DNA of 64,000 nt from Thermoplasmata archaeon (GTDB lineage: Archaea; Thermoplasmatota; Thermoplasmata; Lutacidiplasmatales; UBA184): positions 44,929 to 108,928 of the forward strand of contig JBAWFC010000076.1 in the NCBI GenBank assembly GCA_049591535.1, given 5' to 3'. The first letter of the stretch is position 1. Every line of letters begins with the position of its first letter. Under the pieces are notes generated by a model, which had not been told where the DNA came from, did no database searches, and saw only the letters and a list, made by a program, of their open reading frames with translations. The position numbers and the translations under genes are program-made. Shown in pieces: positions 1 through 9,735 of this stretch.

Positions 1-387
1 CGACCAAGATCACGGATGGCAGCCACAGTTTTTCGAAGACCGGGTCGGTCTCGGGCGCCAAGCGGAGTTCTGCCGAGTGGATCCTGGAGACCCCGGAGAT
101 TTGCAGCTCGACCTGTTCGCTCGCCTCGCTCTCGAAGTTCACGGTCGCGAAGTTCACGGACTGCAAGGCGACGATTGCGGGGGTGACCGGCGGGATCTCT
201 GCGTTCCCCCAAGTGTATAAGATCGAACTCAAGCGGGGAACGACCGTGCTCGCGTCGACCTCCGCGTTGAAGAGCGCAACCTCATTCACGGAGAAGTGGA
301 AGGCGTACTCCTGAGCCCGATCGCCGTACTGCCCCCTCGCAATCCCCGGACCGACCGCCAGGGGTGGGCCCGGGGAATGTCGGCCAC
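1..387 (-). CDS. Hypothetical protein, 5' part only. The gene runs off the window start. The minus-strand frame ending at pos 1 reads ...EYAFHFSVNEVALFNAEVDAS...ATVNFESEASEQVELQISGV.... The start codon is unclear (GTG at 387 possible).
   Basis: Open frame on minus across 1-387 with no stop. GC1 is greater than GC2 and GNN-rich codons favour this frame over the co-linear plus frame that ends at TGA 312-314. Cannot be settled without homology. Confidence 0.3.
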
Positions 388-847
388 CCACCGGCCCCGC
401 GCTTTCCTCGTCCGGGCGGATGATGACTCGCCGGTGGCACGCTTGGCCGAGGAGTTGAAGCGCTGCCTCGAGCTCCGGGGAGTGGAGGTCGATCTTGCGC
501 GGACGGACTTCGACCGGGAATGGAGCCCGGCGATCGAACGTGAGATCGGGGGCTCGAGCGGAGTCGTCGTGCTCTGGACCCGACTCGCACGAGATTCTGC
601 CCTAGTAGGTTTGGAGATTCAGTATGCGGAGAGGGTGGGGCGCCCGATCTGCCTCGTCCTTCACGGGGACGCGCCGCTTCCCGACGGATGGGCGCGGGCT
701 CACGAATGGGTGCTGCTCAAGGGCATCGGGTCCCGATTGGACCTCACGAGCCTGTTCGGTGCGAGGTACACTGGGTCCGTGGACAAAACTGGGGTCGAGC
801 TCGAGCAGATGATTAACCGCTGGGCCGGACTTCCCCGTCCTCGCTGA
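377..847 (+). CDS. TIR-like domain protein (TIR_2/DUF1863-like), 156 aa
   Basis: ATG at 377 (alternative GTG at 296). Motifs AFLVRADDD...LAEELKRCLELRGVEV...GVVVLWTRLARDSALVGLEIQYAE...PICLVL resemble the TIR fold, including a conserved Glu in the SxW...E region. Confidence 0.55.
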   Translation: MSATHRPRAFLVRADDDSPVARLAEELKRCLELRGVEVDLARTDFDREWSPAIEREIGGSSGVVVLWTRLARDSALVGLEIQYAERVGRPICLVLHGDAPLPDGWARAHEWVLLKGIGSRLDLTSLFGARYTGSVDKTGVELEQMINRWAGLPRPR

Positions 848-1016
848 CCGGGCCCGCTTCCGACGTTCGGCTCATGTCTCGACGGGCGAGTGGACTCCCT
901 CCGGCGGGCGCACGCCGATTTTAGGTGAGGAAGCGTTTGTCCGGAGTTGCCGTCCGGTGAGCCGCCGCCCTGACCCCCGCGAGCGGCCCTGCTCCTCCGT
1001 CGGACCCGATCCTCCC

Positions 1017-1490
1017 TCAAATCGTGTACGTCACCGTGACGTTGAGAAGAATCGGCCGGCACGCGGGGCCATCCCCCGGGGTCGGGTCGTAGGCCGAGAA
1101 CTGGAACGCCTCTCCGTTCGAAGGGAACGATCCGTTCCCGCTGGCACCGCCTTGGAAGATGGGGATGAACTCCCTCGCGAGCACCTCAAAGATGACCGCC
1201 CCGCCGATAGCCGTCCATCGGACGTGCGCCGTCGACCAGAGCGGAAACGAGTGCGTGACCGTCGGGGGTACGCCCCCCACGGGGCCGCAGGAAGGCACCT
1301 CCCACGCCCAGATGACGGGAGACGGTGGGTAGAGACCGGACGGCACGACCCCGGTCCAGAACAGCATGGAGACTGCGACCGTCACAGCGCAGCCGACCAG
1401 GAGCGCTCCGTCGGCCGGCCGAATGCGTCGGCGGCTCGCGGAAACCGGCACCGGGGGGTTCCGAGGCGGAGCCGGACCCTCCGTCATCGA
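1017..1490 (-). CDS. Hypothetical signal-anchored/secreted protein (157 aa)
   Basis: N-terminal TM/signal anchor GALLVGCAVTVAVSMLFWTGVV followed by a Gly/Pro-rich soluble part. High GC3. Start taken at the internal ATG (1490) of the listed 1017..1775 ORF. Confidence 0.35.
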   Translation of the reverse strand, partial: SMTEGPAPPRNPPVPVSASRRRIRPADGALLVGCAVTVAVSMLFWTGVVPSGLYPPSPVIWAWEVPSCGPVGGVPPTVTHSFPLWSTAHVRWTAIGGAVIFEVLAREFIPIFQGGASGNGSFPSNGEAFQFSAYDPTPGDGPACRPILLNVTVTYTI

Positions 1491-1726
1491 GTATCGGTCG
1501 TCGTTTCCGCCGTGGAGGAGGAGTGGGCCGTGTCCGCAGACATTCCGCCGTAGACGCTCCCGAGCAGGAGGAGGATGGCCACAATGAGGAGCGCCGGAGT
1601 AGGGTCGAATCCGGCGCCCGTGGGCGGGTTCAGCGCCGGGCCGTAGATCGTGGTGACGACGATCGAGGCCACGAGGAGAAGGACACCGCCCCAGAACAAC
1701 CATCGATGGACTCGAACATACTGCAC
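1484..1726 (-). CDS. Hypothetical small membrane protein (about 80 aa, 2 TM)
   Basis: GTG start. Two hydrophobic helices LFWGGVLLLVASIVVTTIY and ALLIVAILLLLGSVYG. Overlaps the next gene by 7 nt, suggesting an operon with 1882..4164. Below the ORF-track size cutoff. Confidence 0.25.
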   Translation of the reverse strand: MQYVRVHRWLFWGGVLLLVASIVVTTIYGPALNPPTGAGFDPTPALLIVAILLLLGSVYGGMSADTAHSSSTAETTTDTR

Positions 1727-1881
1727 GGCACGCCCTCGGCAGCGGTCGAAGACCGCATTCTCCCGAGAGGGACATCCCTCATAACCGTACGTCGGAGGGG
1801 CTGAGTCGCCTGCCGGTGCGGTGGTGGACCGCGGCAACCGTCCCCCGAGGGGGAGCCCGTCCGGGCGACGAACCCGGCCGG

Positions 1882-4164
1882 TCAGCCTACGCTCGGCTGG
1901 ATCGCGACGAACGCGACGGCCACCGAAAACTGGTCCTCTCCGAGGAAACCTTCCACGTTCGCGCTCGGGAGCGGTTCTGTGAGGCTGAAGTTGATCGCCA
2001 GCGAGACCCACTGGCCCGGGGGGAAGTTCGAAGCGTTGTAGGTCTCGTCGACCGGGTTTCCGCCGAAGCCCGTCACCGAGATGCGGAGTGCGTGCGCCTT
2101 CGGTTCGAGGGAGAGATTGGATCCGGTCATCATCACCCGGACCGACAGAGTGTAGTTGCCGGGAGAAACGAACTCGTTCGGTCCCGTCCACACGAGTCCG
2201 GTCCGGTTGGTTGCGTTCAGGCTCTCGATCACGGTGCCCGAAGGAGACGAGGGGTCCGGGGCCACCGCGCCCCGTGCGCCCGGCTTGAGACCGCTTTGCG
2301 CGTCAAAGGTCGCCAAAAGCGCCGGTACCGGCGGCCCAAAAAGCTGGGCCGGCCCGGTGTAGCCCTTCTCGTACAACAGTAGGGGCCCCTGGCTCGTGGA
2401 GCCCACGTACCCCCGCATCCCGTACAGGCTCGGGTCCGAGATGTTTCGGCTCGTGTTCTCCGCGAGGGTCAGGAGTGCCGCCTCCGTGAGGACCGCGTAC
2501 TCGGGGCCGGCCGAGACGTTGAACGGCAAGTTCGAGGTATTCGCGAGCGATCGCGGCCCGATGACGTAGGCGTGGGGGAAGTTGGCGAAGAGGGGGTAGG
2601 CAGGGGAGGCGACGAGGACGGTCGCGGCGTGGGGGATCACTGCGACGAGCTGTTCGACGTACTGGAACGAACTGCTGATCACCAGGCCGTGGTCGAAGTA
2701 CAGCGGCTGGAACGGTGTCCCCAGCTTCACCCCGAGGTCCGGCAGGATCGGATTGATGGGAGCGAGCAGCCCGTTCGCGACGCACAGGGCGGCGAGGACC
2801 CCGATCCAGGCGGTCCTCGGGGTCGGTCGCCGCCAGCGTCGAGCGAAGCGCACCGTCCCGGGTCGACCGGCAGCCGTTCCGGGCGGCGTGGGGGCCCCGG
2901 CGGGCCCGGGCGAGGACCTCCCGAGCGGGACCCGCTGAAGGCCGTAGGCGAGACCGACGAAGATCGGGGCGGCCGCGATCATGCCGTACTGGTGCCCGAT
3001 GGTCGTGAACCGGTCGCTGTCCGTGAGGAACGTCCACCCGATCCAAGGGACCGAGAGGATCAGCGCCCGAGGCGAGAGCAAGGGGATGAACGCGACCAGG
3101 GCGTACAGTACGAGCCAGAACTCCGCCGTGTCCCGGGTCTGCGGTGATGTGAAGAGCGTCGAGAGCGACTGGGTCGCCGGGCTGCTCGGGTTCGTGAAGA
3201 TCCCGGTGATCCCAGGAGCCACGGTGGGCGGTGCGACCCCCAGCAGATGTGCCCCGAGGACGTTGATGAAGAGCGCAAGGAGTATGTACGCCGCGACCGA
3301 GGAGCCCATCAAGACCAGACCGTAGCGCACCGGCCGCTCCCGCCAGCTGTTCCGGGCGAACTGCCAACCGAGCGCGATCGTCATGCGAAGGGGCCGGCCG
3401 GGCGTCCCGCTTCGCCATCGATCCCACTCGCTTCGGATCGGCCGGGCGACGTAGGGGGCAAGGAAGAACGCCCCGAGAAGGAAGCTGAAGAGGGGATAGA
3501 TCTCGAACGTCAGGAACATGAGGAGCGCCACGACGAGCCCGAGTCGATAGCGCCCGGACTGCCAGAGAGCGGCCAGGGTGAACAATTCGAGCGGGAGGAG
3601 CGACTCGAGGTGGAGGGAGAACGCGTCCCCGAGATAGGTCGGCGCCCACAGGAGGAACAATCCCGACGCGAGCAACGCCTTCGCGGGGGATTTCGATACC
3701 TGACGGGTCAGCCAGTAGAGCGGCACTGCGGAGAGGGCGACGAGGCCCGACCGCAGGGCGAAGAGGGTCACGGTGGAAGGCACGAGGGCGTAGAACGGCA
3801 CGGCGGGGTACAGGACGAAACTCGGGTGCACCAGGAAAAACGAACACCGCGCCTTCACCTCGCAGTCGAACGACTCGTAGAAGGGCGCGACGTGCCCGTG
3901 CGTGGTCGAGGCGACCGCTTGGGTGATGATCCCCGCGTCCGTCGAGTTCGCCGTCTGGAGGTTGTCGTAAGAAACAATGCCCGAGTAAACGGAGACGCAG
4001 AAGAACGCCACGACCATGACCGCGAGCCAGAACCGAGGTCGTTCCCACCATCGACCCGCGGCGCCCGCGGCGGCCGCCCCCGCAGAGTTCCGGTAGGCGT
4101 CGGCGGCGGAAGCGGGCATGTCCACTGACGCCGGGGCAAGTAGATTAGCGCGGGTTCCACGCAC
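1882..4164 (-). CDS. Large polytopic membrane protein (at least 12 TM) with a C-terminal extracellular domain rich in N-glycosylation sequons. Possibly a GT-C-fold/DUF2079-like glycosyltransferase.
   Basis: 760-aa ORF. GTG start at 4164, alternative ATG at 4119. Many hydrophobic helices. The C-terminal 200 aa contain about 10 N-x-S/T sequons (NTS, NVS, NIS, NAT, NRT, NYT, NLS, NAS, NFS). Confidence 0.6.
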   Translation of the reverse strand: MRGTRANLLAPASVDMPASAADAYRNSAGAAAAGAAGRWWERPRFWLAVMVVAFFCVSVYSGIVSYDNLQTANSTDAGIITQAVASTTHGHVAPFYESFDCEVKARCSFFLVHPSFVLYPAVPFYALVPSTVTLFALRSGLVALSAVPLYWLTRQVSKSPAKALLASGLFLLWAPTYLGDAFSLHLESLLPLELFTLAALWQSGRYRLGLVVALLMFLTFEIYPLFSFLLGAFFLAPYVARPIRSEWDRWRSGTPGRPLRMTIALGWQFARNSWRERPVRYGLVLMGSSVAAYILLALFINVLGAHLLGVAPPTVAPGITGIFTNPSSPATQSLSTLFTSPQTRDTAEFWLVLYALVAFIPLLSPRALILSVPWIGWTFLTDSDRFTTIGHQYGMIAAAPIFVGLAYGLQRVPLGRSSPGPAGAPTPPGTAAGRPGTVRFARRWRRPTPRTAWIGVLAALCVANGLLAPINPILPDLGVKLGTPFQPLYFDHGLVISSSFQYVEQLVAVIPHAATVLVASPAYPLFANFPHAYVIGPRSLANTSNLPFNVSAGPEYAVLTEAALLTLAENTSRNISDPSLYGMRGYVGSTSQGPLLLYEKGYTGPAQLFGPPVPALLATFDAQSGLKPGARGAVAPDPSSPSGTVIESLNATNRTGLVWTGPNEFVSPGNYTLSVRVMMTGSNLSLEPKAHALRISVTGFGGNPVDETYNASNFPPGQWVSLAINFSLTEPLPSANVEGFLGEDQFSVAVAFVAIQPSVG

Positions 4165-4338
4165 GGTCGAGACGCAGGGTCGAGAGTTTGTTCGATGGCT
4201 CTCCCCGAGACTTTGTGAATGGCCGCAAACCCTTTAATTGCGGGCGCACCTCGCACGTACGAATGCGTTGCCAAACGACGGAGGGGTAGGCCTCTCTGGG
4301 CCCCCCGCACCCTGACGTTCCTTCCGCGGTCGGACCTC

Positions 4339-4875
4339 ATGGATGTCCTCGACGCTATCCGCACCTACCGCCCGTGCGCCCAGTTCCAATCCCGGCCCAT
4401 CCCCGCAGAGAAGCTCAAGACGGTCCTCTCCGCCGCTCGACTTGCGCCGAGTCAGCACAATCTTCAGCCGTGGCGATTCGTCGTCGTCCAGGACGACGAG
4501 CGGAAGCGACTTCTGGCCCAGGCTTCGAACCGGGGCCGTCTGATCGCGGAGGCGCCTGCCGTGATCGTCGCCTTCGCGATCGAGGAAGATATCCCCGTGA
4601 CGATCGGGGGGTACATCTCCGCCTACCCGTTGGACGTCGCGGTCGCGGTCAACTACCTCCAGCTCGCCGCCACCGCCGAGGGCCTCGGCACGAGCTGGAT
4701 CATCGAGTTCCACGAAGACAAGGTCCGGACGGTGCTGCACGTCCCGGAAGGGGTCCATCCGATCGCGATCGTGCCCATCGGGTTCCCCGCGGAGGTCAAC
4801 GGCTCCGCGAAGCCCACGGACGACGGGCGAAAGAGCCCGGACGAGATCATCGCGTACAACGAATACCCCTGGTAG
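4339..4875 (+). CDS. Nitroreductase family protein
   Basis: ATG at 4339. Nitroreductase-like conserved blocks (RLAPSQHNLQPWRFVVVQD..., IGGYISA...). 178 aa. Confidence 0.8.
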   Translation: MDVLDAIRTYRPCAQFQSRPIPAEKLKTVLSAARLAPSQHNLQPWRFVVVQDDERKRLLAQASNRGRLIAEAPAVIVAFAIEEDIPVTIGGYISAYPLDVAVAVNYLQLAATAEGLGTSWIIEFHEDKVRTVLHVPEGVHPIAIVPIGFPAEVNGSAKPTDDGRKSPDEIIAYNEYPW

Positions 4876-4888
4876 GGGGGAACGCGCC

Positions 4889-5491
4889 GTGCCGGACATC
4901 ACGTTCGTCAGCACGAACCCGGGGAAGTACCGCGAAGTGCGGGACGTATTGCGCCCGTACGACCTCGCGGTTCGCTGGAAGAGGCGCGAGCTGCCCGAAC
5001 CTCAAGCGGACGACCTAGGTGCGGTCGTCGCGGCGAAATTGGACGCCGTCCGTGACGTCCCCGGGTACGTGCTGGTGGAGGACTCTGGCCTGTTCATCCC
5101 CTCGCTGCAGGGCTTCCCGGGGGTCTACTCTGCCCACTTCCTTCGGATCTGGAAGTTCGGCCCGATCTTCGAGTTACTCAGGTCCCGGCCGCGAGCCGCC
5201 CACTTCCGCACCATCGCCGGACTCCAAAAGGGACGGCTCCGATGGACGTTCGAGGGCCGGGTCGATGGCTCCATTGCGCGGAAGCCCGCCGGCGAGGGGG
5301 GGTTTGGATACGACCCGATCTTCGTTCCGACCGGGTGGGACCGGACCTTCGCCGAGGGCTCGGCGTCCGAAAAGAACGCGATCTCTCATCGCGCGCGAGC
5401 CGTCCGCCAAGTAGGTCACAAGCTCGGCAGCCCGCCGCGGCAGATTCCGGCGTCTGCCGGCGGCCCTCGACCGGCCCGTCGACGGGTTTAA
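4889..5491 (+). CDS. rdgB: Non-canonical purine NTP pyrophosphatase (Ham1/RdgB/ITPase family)
   Basis: GTG start. Motifs FVSTNPGKYREV, FGYDPIF, SHRARA typical of the Ham1 family. Confidence 0.85.
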   Translation: MPDITFVSTNPGKYREVRDVLRPYDLAVRWKRRELPEPQADDLGAVVAAKLDAVRDVPGYVLVEDSGLFIPSLQGFPGVYSAHFLRIWKFGPIFELLRSRPRAAHFRTIAGLQKGRLRWTFEGRVDGSIARKPAGEGGFGYDPIFVPTGWDRTFAEGSASEKNAISHRARAVRQVGHKLGSPPRQIPASAGGPRPARRRV

Positions 5492-5516
5492 CCCGCGCCC
5501 CCTGCTGGGGTGGCCG

Positions 5517-6698
5517 ATGCGGGTCGACTCCATCTCCGACTCCCCCATCCTCTCGCTGATCGACCAGATCTTCCGGATGCGGGAAGAGGGCGAATCGGTC
5601 CTCGGCCTCCATATCGGCGAACCGGATTTCGAGACCCCCGCCGGGATCCGCGAGGCCGCGTACCGCGCTATGAACGACGGATTCACGCACTACGTTTCGG
5701 CCCAGGGAATGCCGGAGCTGCGCTCGGCGATCGCGGAGCGCCTGCGGTCACGGAACCACCTCACGGTGCGGGCGGACGACGTGGTGGTGCTCACGGCGAA
5801 GTTCGCGATCTACGCCACGCTCCTCGCCACGGTTGGTCCCGGAGACGAAGTCCTGCTGCCCGACCCGACCTACCTGTTCGAGCAGCCGGTCCAGCTCGCC
5901 GGAGCCCGCCCGGTGTACGTTCCGTTGGCGCCCGACTTCTCCCTGGACGTCGAAGCGCTTCGGGCCGCCGTCACGCCGAGGTCGAAGATGCTGGTCCTCG
6001 TTTCGCCGGCCAACCCCACCGGCCGGGTGCTGCGCGGGGGGGAGTTGCGTGCGGCGCTCGAGATCGCGCGCGACCACGGCCTCACCGTCGTGAGCGACGA
6101 GACCTACGAGTCGCTTCTCTACGAGGGAACGCACGTCAGCCCGGCCTCCGTTGCCCCCCCCGACCTCCCCATCGTCACGGTCGGGAGCTTCTCGAAACTC
6201 TACGCGATGACCGGATGGCGCGCGGGATTCGCGGTCGCACCCCCGGAGATACGGACTCGGCTGGTCAAGGTGATGGAACATACCCTTTCCTGCATCCCTC
6301 CGTTCATCCAGAAGGCGTGCGTGTGGGCGCTGCACAACGCCGGGCCGGACGAAGAGCGGTTCCGTACCGTCTTCCGGGGGCGGCGGGACCACTTGCTCCG
6401 GCGGCTCTCCCGGGTCCCGGGCCTCAGGACAGTTCGACCGGAAGGGGCGTTCTACGTCTTCCCGAGGTACGACCTCCCCCTGTCGTCCCGCGACTTCTGC
6501 GCGCTGCTGCTCCGGGAGGAAAAACTCGCCGTGGTCCCGGGCGTGGCCTTCGGCCCCCACGGCGAGCACCACGTCCGGATCTCCTACAGCTCAGCGGTCG
6601 AAGTGCTCGACGACGGGGTCGACCGGCTGGAACGATTCCTGGAGCGACACCGTTCGGGTCCCGCGGGGCCCGGGACCGGCGGTTCCGGGTCGGTTTAG
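5517..6698 (+). CDS. Class I/II PLP-dependent aminotransferase (aspartate/aromatic aminotransferase-like)
   Basis: 393 aa. Aminotransferase fold I blocks (HYVSAQGMPELR..., SFSKLYAMTGWRAG). ATG at 5517. Confidence 0.85.
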   Translation: MRVDSISDSPILSLIDQIFRMREEGESVLGLHIGEPDFETPAGIREAAYRAMNDGFTHYVSAQGMPELRSAIAERLRSRNHLTVRADDVVVLTAKFAIYATLLATVGPGDEVLLPDPTYLFEQPVQLAGARPVYVPLAPDFSLDVEALRAAVTPRSKMLVLVSPANPTGRVLRGGELRAALEIARDHGLTVVSDETYESLLYEGTHVSPASVAPPDLPIVTVGSFSKLYAMTGWRAGFAVAPPEIRTRLVKVMEHTLSCIPPFIQKACVWALHNAGPDEERFRTVFRGRRDHLLRRLSRVPGLRTVRPEGAFYVFPRYDLPLSSRDFCALLLREEKLAVVPGVAFGPHGEHHVRISYSSAVEVLDDGVDRLERFLERHRSGPAGPGTGGSGSV

Positions 6699-6721
6699 TA
6701 CCCGTGGTTGCTCGCGGGCGC

Positions 6722-7381
6722 ATGGCCAACCCCCGAAAGATCCACGACCTGACCGCGCTGTTCCAGACGTACATGCCCGTGTGGCCGTCCACGCCGCTCC
6801 CCACCGTGGAGCCGGTCGGGATCGTGGCCCGCGACGGCTACTCGATCGAGCGCATCACGTCGATGACGCACGCGGGGACCCACATGGACGCCCCGTATCA
6901 CTTCCTGGAGGACGGGGCCACGGTCGACCGAATCCCTCCGGAGCAGCTGGTCGGGAGCGCCGTGATGCTCGATGTCCGCAAGGACGCCGAGGGGACGATC
7001 GTATCCCAGAAGTCCGTGGAGAAGCGGTGGCCCAAGGGGATGCACCCGGATTTCGTGCTCTTCCAGACGGGCTGGAGCCGGGACCGGGCGCCGACGAAAC
7101 ACTACCTGTACGATTTTCCGGGGATCAGCCCCGAAGCCGCCGAGTGGCTCGTCCACAAGTCGGTCAAAGGCGTCGGGACGGATGCCCTCGGTATCGACCC
7201 GTACGCGAACTCGAAGTTCGAAGCCCACAAGGTGCTTCTCCGAAAGGGGATCTGGATCCTCGAAGCGCTCGACCACCTCGAGGATCTCTCCGAGAGGGTT
7301 GAGTATACCCTCATCGCCGCACCGCTCAAGATCGCCGGAGCCAGCGGCGCGATGGCCCGCGTGTTCGCGATCGAAGGGTAG
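6722..7381 (+). CDS. Cyclase family protein (kynurenine formamidase-like)
   Basis: ATG at 6722, inside the longer spurious 5510..7381 ORF. Motifs MTHAGTHMDAPYHF and the QTGW block typical of PF04199 cyclases. Confidence 0.8.
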   Translation: MANPRKIHDLTALFQTYMPVWPSTPLPTVEPVGIVARDGYSIERITSMTHAGTHMDAPYHFLEDGATVDRIPPEQLVGSAVMLDVRKDAEGTIVSQKSVEKRWPKGMHPDFVLFQTGWSRDRAPTKHYLYDFPGISPEAAEWLVHKSVKGVGTDALGIDPYANSKFEAHKVLLRKGIWILEALDHLEDLSERVEYTLIAAPLKIAGASGAMARVFAIEG

Positions 7382-7390
7382 GACCGCGAG

Positions 7391-8185
7391 ATGCCGATCT
7401 CGTCCGGGCTCCGCGGTGCCCGGGTGCTCGTGACCGCGGCGAGCCAGGGGATCGGGTACGGTACCGCGGAGGCGTTCCTCGGCGAAGGAGCACGTGTGGT
7501 CATCAACTCCTCCCACCCCGAGCGCCTTGCCCGGGCCGTAGAGCAGCTCCACGCCCACGGAGAGGTATACGGCGTCGTCGCCGACCTCACGCGCGAATCG
7601 GAGCTCGACCGGCTCCTCGCCGAAGCCGTCGCCCACCTGGGAGGGCTCGACACGCTCGTCTACGTCACGGGATCCCCTCACCCCGGAGTGTTCATGGAGC
7701 AGTCCTTCGGCGATTGGAATCGCGCCGCGGCTCTTCTGGTCGTGAGCCCGGCGTACCTCGCCCGGAAAGCCGCGGAGGCGATGCTCTCCGGACGGGCCCC
7801 GGGACGCATGGTCTTCCTCACCTCGGTCGCAATCCGGGAACCGATCGCAAACCTCGCGACGTCGAGCGTGTGCCGCATCGCCGTGGCCGGACTCGTGCGG
7901 ACCTTGGCCCGGGAGCTGGGTCCGAAGGGGATCCGGGTCAACGGAATCCTTCCCGGCTACATTCGCACGTCGCGGATCGACGAGGTGGCGGAGGATGCGG
8001 CGCGACGCCGCGGGACGACGACCGAGGAGGTCGTACGAGGGCTCGAGCGGGACATCCCCCTCGGGCGGATTGGGACCCCCGAGGAGCTCGCGCGCGCGGT
8101 GGTCTTCCTGGGCAGCGAGATGTCGAGCTACGTCACCGGGGCGCTGCTCCCGGTGGACGGCGGCCTACTGAAGTCCGTAGGATGA
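7391..8185 (+). CDS. SDR family oxidoreductase
   Basis: N-terminal Rossmann [13 protein letters not shown] and SDR-like length (264 aa). Confidence 0.8.
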   Translation: MPISSGLRGARVLVTAASQGIGYGTAEAFLGEGARVVINSSHPERLARAVEQLHAHGEVYGVVADLTRESELDRLLAEAVAHLGGLDTLVYVTGSPHPGVFMEQSFGDWNRAAALLVVSPAYLARKAAEAMLSGRAPGRMVFLTSVAIREPIANLATSSVCRIAVAGLVRTLARELGPKGIRVNGILPGYIRTSRIDEVAEDAARRRGTTTEEVVRGLERDIPLGRIGTPEELARAVVFLGSEMSSYVTGALLPVDGGLLKSVG

Positions 8186-8189
8186 CGGC

Positions 8190-8546
8190 TCACCCGCTAT
8201 CGGGGGGAACCACCTCATGGAGGAACTCCTCGCGCCGGGGCGTGAATACGTCGAGAACCACGGTCGGCGTCGTAGGGTCCGCGATCAGCTCGTGCGGGAC
8301 GTCGCCGGGGAGCGTATAGGAGGACCCCGGGCCGAGCGTCCAGGTTTCCGTCCCCACTTGGAACCGACCGCCGCCCTCGAGGACCGTCCCGGACTGAACG
8401 TGGGGGTGAGTGTGCATGGCGAATCGACTTCCCGGCGCGATCCGATAGAGGACCATCATGACCCCGGTGTCGTGCGCGAGGATCCGACGGTGTACGCCCG
8501 GCTGAATCTCGTGCCACGCCTCGGGCTTGTCTTCCCACAACGGCAT
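8190..8546 (-). CDS. Cupin domain protein
   Basis: 118 aa. Cupin motifs HTHPHVQSGTVLEG and PGDVPHE. Confidence 0.7.
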   Translation of the reverse strand: MPLWEDKPEAWHEIQPGVHRRILAHDTGVMMVLYRIAPGSRFAMHTHPHVQSGTVLEGGGRFQVGTETWTLGPGSSYTLPGDVPHELIADPTTPTVVLDVFTPRREEFLHEVVPPDSG

Positions 8547-8595
8547 GCGCCGAGCACGGCACCGCGCTATTTCTCGCTGCCGAGCGTTTCCCGCG

Positions 8596-9735
8596 CTACC
8601 GGAGCGCTTGTCGAAGGTCGGCGATCAGGTCATCCGCGTCCTCGACGCCGACGCTGAACCGGAGCAGACCGTCCCGGATCCCCTGGCGCTCTCGCAGCTC
8701 CTTCGGCACCGACCGGTGGGTCATCAGGGCCGGGACGTTGACGAGCGACTCGACCCCCCCAAGGCTCTCCGCGAGGGTGAAGACCCGGAGACGTCGCACG
8801 GCCTTCCTCGCCGCGGGCAGGCCCCCCCGGAGTTCGGCTGAAACCATGCCCCCATAGTCGTCCATCTGGCGACGCGCCACAGCGAATCCGGGGTGGGTAC
8901 GGAGACCGGGGTAGAGCGTGCGAGCGACGTGGGGGTGACCGGAGAGGAACGCCGCCACCTTGCGCGCGTTCGCGCAGTGCGCGCGCACTCGCAGGCCCAT
9001 CGTGTGGATTCCACGGAGGACGAGGAAGCAATCGAGGGGACCGGGGATTCCTCCCTGGGTGTTCTGGAACCAGCGGTACTTCTCGAGCAGCGAGCGAGAC
9101 CGGAACACGAGGGCTCCTCCGATCAGGTCGCTGTGCCCACCGAGGTACTTCGTCGTGGAATGCACCACGACATCGGCGCCGAGTTCGAGAGGGCGCTGGA
9201 GCACGGGAGAGGCGAAGGTATTGTCGACGGCGACGGTCGCGTGGGCAGTCCGCGCGATCGCGACCGCCCCGCGGAGGTCGGTCACCTTCAGCAGGGGGTT
9301 TGTCGGCGTTTCGAGGTAGAGGAGGTTCGTCTTCCGGCCGTCTCCCAGTGCGGCACGGAGGTTCGCGAGGTCCGAGGTGTCGATGAAATCGACCGTGACT
9401 CCGTGGGTACGGGCGACCTGCAACAGCCGCCACGTTCCGGCGTAGAGGTCGTCTCCCGCGACGATCCGACTCCCGCTCGGGTAGGCCATGAACAGCGCGG
9501 AGGTCGCCGCGAGGCCGGATCCGAACGCGAGGCTGCCGACGCCCCCTTCGAGGCGCCCGAGCACCTTCTCGAGCGCGGCCCGGGTGGGGTTGCCGGTTCG
9601 GGAATAGACGTATCCCTTCGCCCTGCCGGGCGAACGTTGGGCGAAGGTCGAGGTCAGGTACACCGGGGTGTTGACGGCCCCCGTGAGCGGGTCCGGCTCC
9701 TGGCCGTCGTGCAGCAGCCGAGTGTCCCACTTCAT
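8596..9735 (-). CDS. Cys/Met-metabolism PLP-dependent enzyme (cystathionine gamma-synthase/beta-lyase/methionine gamma-lyase family)
   Basis: Start at the internal ATG 9735 (MKWDTRLLHDGQ...). Family blocks TPVYLTSTF, the PLP-Lys region STTKYLGGHSD, and the C-terminal LGGVESL. Confidence 0.85.
   Translation of the reverse strand: MKWDTRLLHDGQEPDPLTGAVNTPVYLTSTFAQRSPGRAKGYVYSRTGNPTRAALEKVLGRLEGGVGSLAFGSGLAATSALFMAYPSGSRIVAGDDLYAGTWRLLQVARTHGVTVDFIDTSDLANLRAALGDGRKTNLLYLETPTNPLLKVTDLRGAVAIARTAHATVAVDNTFASPVLQRPLELGADVVVHSTTKYLGGHSDLIGGALVFRSRSLLEKYRWFQNTQGGIPGPLDCFLVLRGIHTMGLRVRAHCANARKVAAFLSGHPHVARTLYPGLRTHPGFAVARRQMDDYGGMVSAELRGGLPAARKAVRRLRVFTLAESLGGVESLVNVPALMTHRSVPKELRERQGIRDGLLRFSVGVEDADDLIADLRQALR

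Noticed and set aside
1-314. Plus-strand reading frame ending at TGA 312-314 (a possible 3' end of an upstream gene in an operon with the TIR gene)
   Set aside because: Co-linear antisense of the minus frame with shared third positions. The plus frame has GC1 below GC2 and a Ser/Thr-rich translation, so the minus frame was preferred. Not fully excluded.
2303-4051. 582-aa minus ORF and several 150-300 aa ORFs within 1..4200
   Set aside because: Alternative frames of the large membrane-protein gene, with R/P/G-rich composition.
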